DNA of 64,000 nt from an uncultured Phycisphaerales bacterium (GCA_963758525.1 CAVWVQ010000004.1:64001-128000), one strand, 5' to 3'. Positions 20,054 through 30,541 are shown, numbered from the stretch's first letter. Notes: a model not told the origin generated them from the sequence alone. A program made the numbers and translations.

Positions 20054-21115
20054 TCATCGGCTGTCCTTCGCCTGGCTGACGTTGATCAGGACCGCCAGCA
20101 GAATCAGACCGCCGCGCACGACGTGCTGCCAGTATTCACTGATGTTCAGCAGCGTCATTCCATTCACGAGGACGCCCAGGAAGATGACGCCGATGAGCGT
20201 GCCCCACATGGTGCCGGCGCCGCCCAGCAGGCTGGCGCCTCCGATGATCACTGCGGAAATAACGTCCAGCTCCCATCCCATCGCGGTGCTGGCTGAGCCG
20301 GCCATGATCTGCGAAGACTGCATGACGCCGCTGAGGGCCGCGAGCAAACCAAGCGCCTCCCATCGCCACGATTTTGACCTTGCGGACATTGATCCCGCTG
20401 AGTCGCGCCGCTTCGGCATTTCCGCCCACGGCATAGATGGCCCGTCCGAACGCCGTGTAGCCCATCATGATCTGAAAGAAGAGGAAAATGACCACGAACA
20501 CGATGGCGGGGAACGGGATCTTTAGCACGTAGCCGCCGCCCAGGAAATTGTACCAATCGGGAAACGGCGTCAGCGGGAAACCGTTGGTGAGCAACTCGGC
20601 GGCGCGCGCAGCACCGTCATCCACGCCAGGGTGGAAATAAACGTCGGCACCCTGAACCGCGTGCGGAGCATTCCGCTGATGCTGCCGACAAAAAATCCCA
20701 GCAGCAGACTGCTGAGAATCGCCAGCGTGATCGCCAACGGCAGCGACAGGTGCAGGGGAGCGCCGCTCAGCCAGCCGGTGAGCCATGCCGTGAGACAGCC
20801 GGAGAGCGCCACCGCCGAGCCGACGCTCAGATCGATCTCGCCGGCGATGATGACCATCGTCATGCCGAACGCGATGATGCCCTGCATCGACACGTTGCGC
20901 AAGACATTGAGCAGATTGTCGATCGAGAGAAACCCATCCGCCTTGAACGCCAGAAAGATGCACAGAGCCAGCAGCACCAGCTCCATGACCAGTTGCCGCG
21001 CCAGCCGGCTGCTGCGGCTCCAGGCCCCGAGCCGGACTTGCGTGGGTTGGGCGGTTGCGGCGTCAGTTGGCGCGGAGGCTATTGTGCCGGTTTCGTCGTT
21101 GGTTGCCGTTTCCAT
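20054..21115 (-). CDS. Sugar ABC transporter permease (RbsC-like), split by two apparent frameshifts (~20605, ~20357)
   Basis: GMTMVIIAGEIDLSVGS, VPTFISTL; T.FGRAIYAVGGN.EAARLSGI; ELDVISAVIIGGASLLGG, spread over three frames. Confidence 0.85.
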
Positions 21116-21122
21116 GTCGCTT

Positions 21123-22610
21123 TTAGTTCTCCATGCAACGCACGAAAAGATCGTCGACAGCCAGATTCGTCGGATCCACCTCGCCCGTGATTGTCCCCTT
21201 TTTCATGATGACAATGCGATGGCAGACTTCGATCAGCTCTTCCAGCTCGCTGGAGACGAAGACGCTGCTGATGCCCTGCTTTGCCAGGTCCCACATAATG
21301 TCGAACAGGTGCTGTTTTGCCTGCACATCGATCCCCCGCGTCGGCTCATCGAACAGGATTATTTTCGGCTGCGTTTCCAGCCATTTGCCGACGACGATTT
21401 TCTGCTGATTGCCGCCGCTGAGCGACGCGATTGGTTGCTCCATGTCGGAGAGCTTGATCGCCAGCTTCTTCACCATCGCCGCGACAATGTTCCTCTCCCG
21501 GCGGCGGGTGGTAAATCCCGCGGAAGAATGGCGGTCGAGGCTGGCCATGCAGGCATTGGCCCGCGTACTGAGTGTGATCGCCAGCGCCTGTTCCTTGCGA
21601 TGCTCCGGCGTAAATGCCAGGCCCATCTGCCGCATCCGCAGCGGGCTGGGGCTCCGCACGATCCGGCCGGCCACGAGAATTTCGCCGCTGTCGAAACCAT
21701 CCGCGCCAAACATCGCCCGCAGCAATTCCGTGCGCCCAGAACCGAGCATCCCCGCGATTCCCAATATCTCGCCGCGATAGACCGTCAGGTCCACGTCATG
21801 GAATTTGCCGGCACGGGTGAGCTTGCGCACCTGCAGCGTCGGCTCCGATCGTGGCTGCACGTCCATCGGACGCCGCTTGTGCTCGATTTCGCCGAACATC
21901 ATTTGAACGATCGACTTGTTGGTGCACCGGCTCATCGGTTCGCTGCCGATCAGCTTCCCGTCGCGCAGCACCGTCACCGTGTCGGCGATGCGCGACAGTT
22001 CCTGCAGGCGATGGGTGATGTGAATGATCACCACTCCCTTGGCCGCGAGCTGGCGAATCAAGGCAAACAGGCTCTCGGTTTCGTGGTGGGCCAGCGCACT
22101 GGTCGGCTCATCGAGCATCAGCACCGCGGGATTGAGGCTCATCGCCTTGGCGATCTCGATCACCTGCTGCTGCGCGATGCCCAGTTGCGACACTTTCTGC
22201 CGGACATCCAGATGCACCTTCATCTCCCCCAGCACTTGTTCCGCCCGCTGGCTGGTCGCCTTCCAGTCGATCCCCAGACCGCCGGCCTTGCGCGGCAAAC
22301 GTCCCAGAAGAATATTTTCGGCGATGCTCAGCTCGGGGATCAGGCTCATTTCCTGATGCACCGTGGCGATGCCGCAGCGATAGGCGTCCTGCGCGCTGCG
22401 GAGCCTCAGCTCTTTTCCGTTGAGCAGAATCTGTCCGCGGGTGGGTTCCAGGGCGCCGCAGAGAATTTTCACCAGCGTGCTCTTCCCCGCGCCATTCTTA
22501 CCGAGCAGGGCATGGACCTTGCCGCCCTCAAAATCCACCGACACGTCGTCGAGGGCGAGGGTCGCTGGGAATTCTTTACGGATCGCAATCGTCTGGAGCC
22601 GGCTGCTCAT
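21123..22610 (-). CDS. Sugar ABC transporter ATP-binding protein (RbsA-like, two domains)
   Basis: GKNGAGKSTL, LDEPTSAL, LSGGNQQK, FDEPTRGID. Confidence 0.92.
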   Translation of the reverse strand: MSSRLQTIAIRKEFPATLALDDVSVDFEGGKVHALLGKNGAGKSTLVKILCGALEPTRGQILLNGKELRLRSAQDAYRCGIATVHQEMSLIPELSIAENILLGRLPRKAGGLGIDWKATSQRAEQVLGEMKVHLDVRQKVSQLGIAQQQVIEIAKAMSLNPAVLMLDEPTSALAHHETESLFALIRQLAAKGVVIIHITHRLQELSRIADTVTVLRDGKLIGSEPMSRCTNKSIVQMMFGEIEHKRRPMDVQPRSEPTLQVRKLTRAGKFHDVDLTVYRGEILGIAGMLGSGRTELLRAMFGADGFDSGEILVAGRIVRSPSPLRMRQMGLAFTPEHRKEQALAITLSTRANACMASLDRHSSAGFTTRRRERNIVAAMVKKLAIKLSDMEQPIASLSGGNQQKIVVGKWLETQPKIILFDEPTRGIDVQAKQHLFDIMWDLAKQGISSVFVSSELEELIEVCHRIVIMKKGTITGEVDPTNLAVDDLFVRCMEN

Positions 22611-23668
22611 TGCGACCCCTGGCTGGTCCATTCCTTGAACTGCTGCGAGAACGCGCTGACGCCCGCCGGATCCTCCCGCGAGAGCAAAATCCCTTTGACG
22701 ATCGTGGTTTTCTCAACAGGTTCGCCCTTGACGGCCTTGATCGCCGCGGCCACAGACTGCTCCCCCACCTCTACCGGCCGTTGACTGGTAATCGCTTGCA
22801 GAATGTTGTCGGGCGCCTGCAGCATGTCGAGCAACTGCTGACTGCAATCGGTTCCGAACACGGCGACTTTCCCCGCCTTTCCCGCATTTTTCACTGCGAG
22901 CGCCGCGCCGGTGGTGCCCCCTTCGTTGGCCGCGTAGACGATGTTGATGTCCGGGTTGGCCGTGAGCATATCGCCAACGGTTTTGATCGCCATTTCGGGC
23001 AGCCAGGCGTCCTGTTCAGCCACGATCTGCACGCCCGGCAACTGGGTCACCTGCGACTTAAAGCCATTGGTGCGGGCATTACTCTGCTCGGGAACCTGGC
23101 TCTTGAAGGCGACGATTCCGATCTTCGCCTTGCCCCCCAGATTCTTCTGGATATACGTTACCGCCGCCTTACCCGTCTGCTGCCCCAGATCCTCCGAACT
23201 GCATCCGATATACGCCTGGTAAAAGTCAGCATTGAGCGGCGTATTGTTGACGATGATGGAAATCCCCTTTTCGTGCGCCGTCTTGAGTGCCTGGATCGAT
23301 CCACTCTGGCTCATCGGTGAAATGATGATGGCATTGACGCCGCGAATCGCATAGGTGCTGATCAGCTCCACTTCCTTGTCAGGTTTGTTGTCGCTGTTCC
23401 CTTCGATGTATTGCACGCCGGCCGCGGTGGCCGCATGGCGCATGCCGAACTGCACCAGTCGGAAAAACTGGTCTTCCTGGAAGACGATACCCGCTAATTT
23501 GATCTTCGAGTTATCCGGCGTTGAAGCCTGAGTGGCCGCCCCCGAGCTGGAACTTCCCGCCTGCGTCCCGCCGCTGTCGCTCTTGCTGCACCCGTTGCTC
23601 CCCAGAAAAAACGCCCCCGCGACGATGACGATTACAGACAGTTTCGAAGTCCGCACGCATGCTCCCAT
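22607..23668 (-). CDS. Sugar ABC transporter substrate-binding lipoprotein (periplasmic binding protein type I)
   Basis: Lipobox-like FFLGSNGC; DQFF..GM, GVNAIIISP, R.NGF, DINIVYAANEGG, VFGTD. A TATAAT immediately before ATG 23692 favours ATG 23668 as start. Confidence 0.88.
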   Translation of the reverse strand: MGACVRTSKLSVIVIVAGAFFLGSNGCSKSDSGGTQAGSSSSGAATQASTPDNSKIKLAGIVFQEDQFFRLVQFGMRHAATAAGVQYIEGNSDNKPDKEVELISTYAIRGVNAIIISPMSQSGSIQALKTAHEKGISIIVNNTPLNADFYQAYIGCSSEDLGQQTGKAAVTYIQKNLGGKAKIGIVAFKSQVPEQSNARTNGFKSQVTQLPGVQIVAEQDAWLPEMAIKTVGDMLTANPDINIVYAANEGGTTGAALAVKNAGKAGKVAVFGTDCSQQLLDMLQAPDNILQAITSQRPVEVGEQSVAAAIKAVKGEPVEKTTIVKGILLSREDPAGVSAFSQQFKEWTSQGSQ

Positions 23669-23841
23669 GTTGGAAAGGCCGCCCGCCGCCATAATTATAC
23701 TAAACTTCGCGGCAGAATAGTTGAATTGCCCTCAATCAGCCGGCGATGCGCCGGATGAGAAATCTCCGCTTTGCTCAGTCAGGAATTGACGCTTGCCCCC
23801 TTCACGGCCAGGCACTGCGCGCCCCAAGCACAATTTGGGGG

Positions 23842-23905
23842 AGAGTACCACTCTTTCGACCGCCGACAAGGCTGTTTTTGTCACCACGTTATGTGTTTCT
23901 GTCAC
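23842..23905 (-). promoter_or_regulatory. Putative activator-dependent sigma70 promoter with direct-repeat operator (site 2)
   Basis: Minus strand: GTGACA-N15-GTGACA-N9-TTGTCG-N16-TACTCT; spacing identical to site 1. Confidence 0.65.
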
Positions 23906-24009
23906 CCGGACACCGAGCGATGGTTTGTAATGCGCGACATTTCTACGTTCTGAGTTCGATCTGCAAGACGCGGAACACACCGCCGCCCCGCCGCTGCCCC
24001 TTTTTTCTC

Positions 24010-27000
24010 CTACCGCGCCGGCACATGCACGGTCGTCGACGATGAAATGCCGGCGGCGTTCACCGCCGTCACCTGGTAGGAGTAGTCGATGCTGTCGTCG
24101 AGACCCTTTTTGGCCGCATTCTTGTCGGTGACGCCTTGATCGGTGTAGGTGGTTTCAACAAGCGCGGTCAGGAAGTTGGACGGCCACTGGAATGACCTCT
24201 CGGCGCCCGTGGAGCGGTAGATGACGTAGCCGGTCGCGCCGGGAACCGCGGACCAACTGAGCGTGATGGCGTTCCCGTTCCTCGTCTTCTTCCAGTGTCC
24301 CACGAGCTCCGCGGGCGCTCCGCTGGGCTTGGGAGGCAGTGGCTGGGCGCTCACGACCGGAGACGGCCCGCTCGTGCCGGCCGCGCTGGAGGCCCTCACA
24401 AAATAGCTGTACATCCGGCCATCCGACGTCGCGCTGTCGACGTAAGCCGTCTCCGTCGTTGCATCGTCGACGATTGCCCAGCGCAACGGATAGACGCCGC
24501 CGACACCGTCCGCGTGCAGCGCGGCGCGCCAGACGTTGTAGTAGTTTGCCCCCGGCGACGCGTTCCAATGCAATGCGACGTTGTGATGGCCGGAGGCGGT
24601 GACCTTCAAGCCCGTGGGCGCCGGCGGGACGACGGAGGGGAGGCGGGCCGACGGCATCACTCCAGAGCTGGGTGATGAGGGGGCTCTGGCGGATCGGGTT
24701 CACTGACTGCACGGCATAATAGTATTGCGCTCCACTGACAGCACTCGTGTCAATAAATGCGGCCCGGCTCGTGTCGGAGCCACTCGTGGGGCCGATCACC
24801 CCGGTTGCGATCGATGCGAAACCAGCGCCCGGCGCAGTCGAGCGCAGGATGTTGTAGCTGGTTGCTCCGGGAACCGCCGGCCAACGGACCAGGACGCGGC
24901 TGTTGCCGGGATACGCCGTGACGCTGGCGGGCGCGGGAGGGACGTAGCCGGTCAATTCAAGGCGCAGGTAGTCCACCATGAGATAGGCGGTGCCGTTCTT
25001 GGCGTTCATCTGGATGGTGATGGTGTTCTGCCCGGAGTGGAGCATTTTGCCGGGGAGATTGATCCGCTCGTCGGAGAACGGGCCGTGATCGCCGAAATGA
25101 ATGCTGCTGTCGTCGGAATACGGAGGATTGAAGCCGTCGGCATCAATAGTCTGAGGCGCGGCGGTCACTCCGGCCGCTCCACCGAGGTTGACGTCGTTGA
25201 CACCGACGACGACATGGCCCCCATCATCTCCGGCGCATCCAATGTAAATTGAAGCTTCTGATCCGCTGGCGGGCGGCTGCGCAAGATTGAACGTGAGTTT
25301 GCCCGTGGCAGACTGGTAATTCCCGGCTAAGTCAGGCGCGGAGGGCAGGCAGTAATTCCAGTCGGCCTCCCACCGGCTTTTCCCGACGGTGAAATTCAGT
25401 CCGTTCGGGAAATCCAAAGGATATTCCATTTGGCCTCCCCACACCGGGGTGGGAAAGCCGAGCTTGGGCGGCACGCCTGGCGCCCAGAAATCGTCGCCAT
25501 GACGAAACTTGTCGGCCTTTCGATTCGGATAACCCAGCTCAAACACCGTTGCGCCGACGCGTTTGGGGATCCAAGTCACGGTTCCCAAGTCAGTCGTCGC
25601 GCCGGCGGCAACTTTCACCGCAAACGGCGTCGCGGGCAGGTCGAGCTCCAACGGCGGGTTGCCGCCCGTCTGATTTTGGGAGAGGAATGTTCCTGCCGCT
25701 CCCGGTCCGTAGGCCCACAACGAGTAATGATCTCCGGGGAGCACATGGGGGAAGCTGAAGCTGCCGGTCGAGTCTGTCTGCGTCCAGAACTGATAGGGCT
25801 TGAGCCATTTCTGAAAATCGTATGTACCGTTGTTGGTTTGGGGCTGCTGCTCCAGACCCACCCACAGCCCAGCGGCGGAGGCGTTGGGATTGCCGCTGTC
25901 ATTGATGACAAATTTCCCAGCAACCGTGCCGCGCCCTGAAGCGGGAACAAAGCTCGGGTTCTTGAACCAGCTATACGGCCACGCCTGTTTTTCAGCCTCG
26001 GCCTGCGCCAGTGCGTCTTGATACAGCATCGCCGCCGCCCGCTTCGAGTCCGTGATGTTGGTGGGAACGTCATTCAGGTAGATAAACCATGGCCCGCACG
26101 TCTTGGTCCAGATTTCGCCGTCGGCAAAATGCCCGTCCGAGCCCATTCCCAGTTCACCGGTGAGAATCGAGTTGTTCAATTCGCTGTAGGGATAGACCGA
26201 CACGTCCCGCTTCATCGGTCCGCCGTTGCTGAATTCCATGTTGGTCATCATCCAGATGCCGACGTTCAAGCCGCCCTGCCCGACGCTGCTCCATCCCCAG
26301 GCGCGCAGATCGGCGTGATCCTGTCCATAGATAAACTTGTCGGCGTACTGACCTTGCTGTGTGCCGTTGAGGTTGACGGTGATTTCATGCGGCGAGTTGG
26401 GCACTTTCACGCCGGATTTGCTGGGCACCCCAATCAAGAAGTTGCGCATCGCATCGGCGCTCAGCCAGTTGAAGTTTGGCGGAACTCGCGTGACGACGCC
26501 CCACGCGCCCACTTCGAATGCGACATCCTGGCGCCGGTGAGTCATGACGGCGGTGGAATAGTATCCCGGCGATCCGCGCAGCATCGAGAAATGCACTTCC
26601 ATCACGCCGTTGGAGTCGGTCGTGCTGAGCAACATCACGTCGGCGTACTTCCCGCCGTTGCTGGCAGGATCAGTGGCAAGCGAATACTCGTAAACGCCGC
26701 TGCCGAGGCTGAATCCGCCGTAGTAGTATTCTCCTTTGCCCTTGAGCACCTCGCTGGTTTGAAGAGTGCCGCCGTTGCGGTGCGTGTACGTCACCGAATT
26801 GAGCCGGGCAGTCTTCTTCACGATCGCGATGGAAACCAAGCCATTTCCCATCGTCACCGTGCCGTCGCCGTTATCGGTAACAGTCACAGGCGGTCCCGAC
26901 CCCGTTCCGCCGCCGGGAATGTTCGCCAACGCCGCGCAATGATGTGGCGACAGGACGACCGCCAGCGAAACAAAGGACAGAAGATAGCGTGTGCAGCAGC

Positions 27001-27010
27001 TTGGCATCAT
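24010..27010 (-). CDS. Polysaccharide lyase family 4-like (rhamnogalacturonan lyase) protein with C-terminal fibronectin type III domains; apparent frameshift at ~24680
   Basis: Signal peptide; VTMGNGLVS, MEVHFSMLRGSPGYYS, YQFWTQTD..G.F.F..V.PG..Y.LWAY, DYLRLE; FN3 repeats (P.P..V.A...V.VRW.AVPGATSYNI.RS) continuing in ORF 24010-24660. Confidence 0.8.
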
Positions 27011-27044
27011 CCACCGGTATACCCGTTCTGAGTTCGTTTGTTGG

Positions 27045-27071
27045 TCTCACCAAATACTTAACTTCTGTCAC
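27045..27071 (-). promoter_or_regulatory. Direct-repeat operator (site 3) between the lyase and divergent AraC gene
   Basis: Minus strand GTGACA-N15-GTGAGA with the same 21-bp period; no matching -35/-10 in register. Confidence 0.5.
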
Positions 27072-27208
27072 CCGAACATTCCGGGATTCGCATTGTCTCA
27101 TCCCATCTCGGGACTCTCCTGCGCAAACCGGAAGATCTGTTTCTACGTGGGCTCGATCGCTCTGTGCAACCAGGGCATCGCCGACCACTTCGTGAGAAAG
27201 ATGCTAAT

Positions 27209-27238
27209 TTGTCGCTGGCCCGCATCCGGACTTATACT
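27209..27238 (+). promoter_or_regulatory. Possible sigma70 promoter of the AraC gene
   Basis: TTGTCG-N18-TATACT, about 60 nt upstream of ATG 27302. Confidence 0.4.
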
Positions 27239-27301
27239 AAAATGTTGTTTGGCATCAAAGCATTGGCAGGCTATGTTGCACGACTGTTAATCTGATTAGC
27301 T

Positions 27302-28138
27302 ATGGCCGGCTCTTCGAGCATTCAAGAACCCGTCGCGCAGCGGATCGGCGGCATCGCAGTCGAGCGCCCGCGAGACGAGGTGCCGCGGGGGCTGCCGGTA
27401 GCGCTGCGCACCGTACAACATTCGATTATTTCCAAAGGACGCTTCGCTCAGACCTGGTCAAAGCGCATGGTTCTGGTGAAGTGGGTCATTTCTGGTGAAG
27501 CGGTGATGGGAGTCGCGGGGCGCAGGTTGACGTTTGGACCGGGCGAGGCAGCGGTCTACCTGCCGAGCATTCCCCACCGGTTCTGGGCGGTGGCCGATGA
27601 GAACGAGATGTGCTGGTTCTCGGTCGATGGACCGCTTGCCGAACAGTTCGCCATCGAGTTGGAATTCCGACCAGGGGTGTATCCACTGGGGCCGGCCCCC
27701 GTCGAGAAGATCCACGACTTGATGGAAAGCCTGAAGGACCACAGCATCCAGGGACGCAGGCAGGCGAGTCTGATGGTGATCGGGATGATGTACCAGGTCG
27801 CCAACGCGATCCGCGCACCGCAGGTTCCTCCCGTTGTCCTCAAAGCGCAGCACAAGATCCAGCAGGGCTTCGGCGATCCGGATCTCTCAACGGGATCGAT
27901 CGCAAGGGATCTGGGGTATCACCGCGGCTCGCTCAGCCGATTGTTTCACAAGCACACGGGGATCACGATCATTGACTTCCTTACCGACGCTCGGCTGCAG
28001 GAAGCCAAAGCATTGCTGGCCCACACGAACGACAAGATCTCGGACATCTCCAAAAAGTGCGGATTCCGGGAGCCGACGTATTTCCATCACTGGTTTCGGA
28101 AGCACACCGGCGTGACGCCCAACGATCTGCGTGAGTAA
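27302..28138 (+). CDS. AraC family transcriptional regulator
   Basis: N-terminal cupin-like domain; C-terminal IARDLGYHRGSLSRLFHKHTG and ISKKCGFREPTYFHHWFRKHTGVTP. Confidence 0.92.
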   Translation: MAGSSSIQEPVAQRIGGIAVERPRDEVPRGLPVALRTVQHSIISKGRFAQTWSKRMVLVKWVISGEAVMGVAGRRLTFGPGEAAVYLPSIPHRFWAVADENEMCWFSVDGPLAEQFAIELEFRPGVYPLGPAPVEKIHDLMESLKDHSIQGRRQASLMVIGMMYQVANAIRAPQVPPVVLKAQHKIQQGFGDPDLSTGSIARDLGYHRGSLSRLFHKHTGITIIDFLTDARLQEAKALLAHTNDKISDISKKCGFREPTYFHHWFRKHTGVTPNDLRE

Positions 28139-28210
28139 AGCGGGCGCAAGGTTTGGGGATTCAGGGTCCAGGGTTTAGCTTATTCCGCTAGAGGCATCGG
28201 AACTCTTTTC

Positions 28211-29254
28211 ATGTCGAAGCTAAGACTTGCCACGATCGGCGCATATGGGCATTTCCCCCATGTTCTGGAGGAACTCGATGGCTTGGATGATCTGGATGTA
28301 GTCGCCCTGGCCAAGGCGCTTCCCGACGATGATCTGAATGCGGTGCGAAAGTATCCGATCGCCAGCTTGGCGCCGGCTTACGATGATTATCATTTGATGC
28401 TGCGCGAGCGGCGCCCGGATGTCGTGGTCGTAAGCACCCGGCTGGATCTGATCAACCCCATCGCCATTGATGCCGCTGAGGCGGGTTGTCATCTAATCTG
28501 CGAAAAGCCATTAGCGCTCGCCCACGCGCCGCTGGAAAGACTGTATCGCACGATTGAAAGTCACGGCGTGCAATGCATCGCCATGTTGAGCAATCCGTAT
28601 CACTCCGTCATCCGCGGCGCTCGACAACTGACGGCCGAAGGCCGGTTCGGCAAGATCGCGATCGTCAATGCGCGAAAGAGCTATAAGTGGGGATCGCGGC
28701 CGGACTGGTTCGGCAACCGACAGCAGTATGGAAACACGATCGGCTGGGTGGGCATTCACGCGCTGGACATGATCCAAGCCGCCACCGGCGAGCGTTTCAC
28801 TTCGGTCGCGGCCATGAGCTCCAACATCTCCCACCCGGAGCGGCCCGATTGCCAGGATAACGTCTCGATGATCCTTGGGCTCAGTGGCGGGGGTCATGCC
28901 ACGGTGAGCGTCGATCTGCTTCGACCGGACGCCGCCGCCACGCATGGCGACGACTGGCTGAGAATCGTGGGCTCCAAGGGCACTGCAGAAGCATCTCTTG
29001 ATGGCGGTTGGCTGCACATTACCGACAGTGCCGAGGCGCAATGCCGAGTGACACTGCCGGCGTCGCAGAAATATTATGCTGATTTTTTGAGATCACTCAC
29101 AAACGCGCCCGCAGGACCGTCGGCCGATAGCCGCCGGGCGTTCGAGTTGACCCATCTCTGTCTGACAGCGTGGGATGCTGCCAGCGAAGGCCGTGTCGTA
29201 GAGGTGCTGCCGGGTCCGTGGAGTGTGCCGGTGGTGGGCTCCGCAACTGATTGA
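28211..29254 (+). CDS. Gfo/Idh/MocA family oxidoreductase
   Basis: DVVVVST..GCHLICEKPLA, GIHALD. Confidence 0.88.
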   Translation: MSKLRLATIGAYGHFPHVLEELDGLDDLDVVALAKALPDDDLNAVRKYPIASLAPAYDDYHLMLRERRPDVVVVSTRLDLINPIAIDAAEAGCHLICEKPLALAHAPLERLYRTIESHGVQCIAMLSNPYHSVIRGARQLTAEGRFGKIAIVNARKSYKWGSRPDWFGNRQQYGNTIGWVGIHALDMIQAATGERFTSVAAMSSNISHPERPDCQDNVSMILGLSGGGHATVSVDLLRPDAAATHGDDWLRIVGSKGTAEASLDGGWLHITDSAEAQCRVTLPASQKYYADFLRSLTNAPAGPSADSRRAFELTHLCLTAWDAASEGRVVEVLPGPWSVPVVGSATD

Positions 29255-29335
29255 TCGGTCGAATTCGTTGAAGGTCCTGATGCGCCCTTCGCTCTTGTGC
29301 GGATCGCCACAGCTGAATTCCTGGCACCAACCGGG

Positions 29336-30313
29336 TCAATACCAAATCCTGCCGCCGGCGCCAGGAGTCCACGCATCTTTGGCAGAGTTGTTCGTGTCAA
29401 CCGTTAGCGATGTTGGGTTTCCGCCCCATCCTGGGGTGACGCTCGCGGACATGCCGTAGGCGGATGTGCCCGCCGGTGTGGCGGGGATGCTGATGACCCA
29501 CTCCACGTGACCATCCGCAAAAGCCTCGTTAAAGCCCCTGATAAACGCTGTCATCGCGGTAGGGCCAGGCGTGGACCGATGATTGATGTAAAAACTGGCC
29601 GGCGCGTCGAGCGAGCCATACACAATCTGATCCGCAAACAGCGGCTTGAGAGCAGTCCCCCCTTCCCAGTATTTGTGCGGCCATCTGGAAGGATCCCGCA
29701 CCTGCGATTGATAGTTTCTCCCAGTGGGAACCAACGGATAGTATCCGCTGGCGAGATATACGTAACTGGAATGCAGCATTGCATTCGGCTCAGACCCATC
29801 GACCGCATAACCCAGGATGGTGAGCCCGCCCCAAAAGGGAGTCGTGACGATCTGGTTTGACGGACATTGCCAAATGCCATCGGTCACAAAACTGGAAATG
29901 ACCGGGCTGACTGGTGCGCCGTCGGGATGAAAGCACGCGACGTACATGTCCCATCGGAAATACTCCATGTAATCGCGAACGCTACTGGGCGCAACGATCG
30001 CCCGCACCGGCAGCGGGAAGTTCCCCCTGTTTTCCTGGCAATACTCGATCGCCCCGGCAGCGAGCTGCTTCAGATTGCTTTCACACGTGACGATGTGAGA
30101 CGCTTCGCGCGCCTTACCCAATGCGGGCAGCAGCAGCGATATCAACAACGCGATAATCCCGACTACAACAAGCAGTTCACTCAGGGAAAATGCCGCGCGT
30201 TTGCCCCTCGCCACTCCGGGGCGTTCAACGAAAGAGGAAGCGAGTCGTCGGTTCCTGAAGCTTGCCACGGCGGCATTCCCAATCGCTTGCGTTGAGTCAA
30301 CACCCCCTTGCAT
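29336..30313 (-). CDS. Prepilin-type DUF1559-like protein
   Basis: AAFSLSELLVVVGIIALLISLLLPALGKAREAS..CESNLKQL, WQCPSN, NH...GFNEAFADGHVEW. Start uncertain (ATG 30313 chosen). Confidence 0.85.
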   Translation of the reverse strand: MQGGVDSTQAIGNAAVASFRNRRLASSFVERPGVARGKRAAFSLSELLVVVGIIALLISLLLPALGKAREASHIVTCESNLKQLAAGAIEYCQENRGNFPLPVRAIVAPSSVRDYMEYFRWDMYVACFHPDGAPVSPVISSFVTDGIWQCPSNQIVTTPFWGGLTILGYAVDGSEPNAMLHSSYVYLASGYYPLVPTGRNYQSQVRDPSRWPHKYWEGGTALKPLFADQIVYGSLDAPASFYINHRSTPGPTAMTAFIRGFNEAFADGHVEWVISIPATPAGTSAYGMSASVTPGWGGNPTSLTVDTNNSAKDAWTPGAGGRIWY

Positions 30314-30541
30314 CCGCAAACGGTGAACCCGTTTATTCACGCGGCGAAACCTTCGTTGTGAATAAAGTAAAGTCGATCCGAAGGCAAGACGTATCGACCC
30401 CTCCTCCACCCCGATTTTCCGGACGACTTGACAACGAAAAGCGCCAATTTCGTCCGCACCCTTTCGCCTCGCAGGCTCTGCCTCGGCATCAATCACCTTC
30501 AGGCGAACGTGTCTGGCAACCAGGCGACCGTCTCTGTCAAC

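Noticed and set aside
20631..22784. 717-aa plus-strand ORF (and similar long ORFs at 212-1321, 36633-38129, 45226-46950, 58171-60402)
   Set aside because: Antisense shadows of well-supported genes, expected in high-GC DNA; no recognisable motifs.
30315..30530. tRNA or riboswitch in the intergenic DNA before the IS and tig
   Set aside because: No cloverleaf, T-loop or recognisable aptamer consensus by eye; an Infernal/Rfam scan would be decisive.
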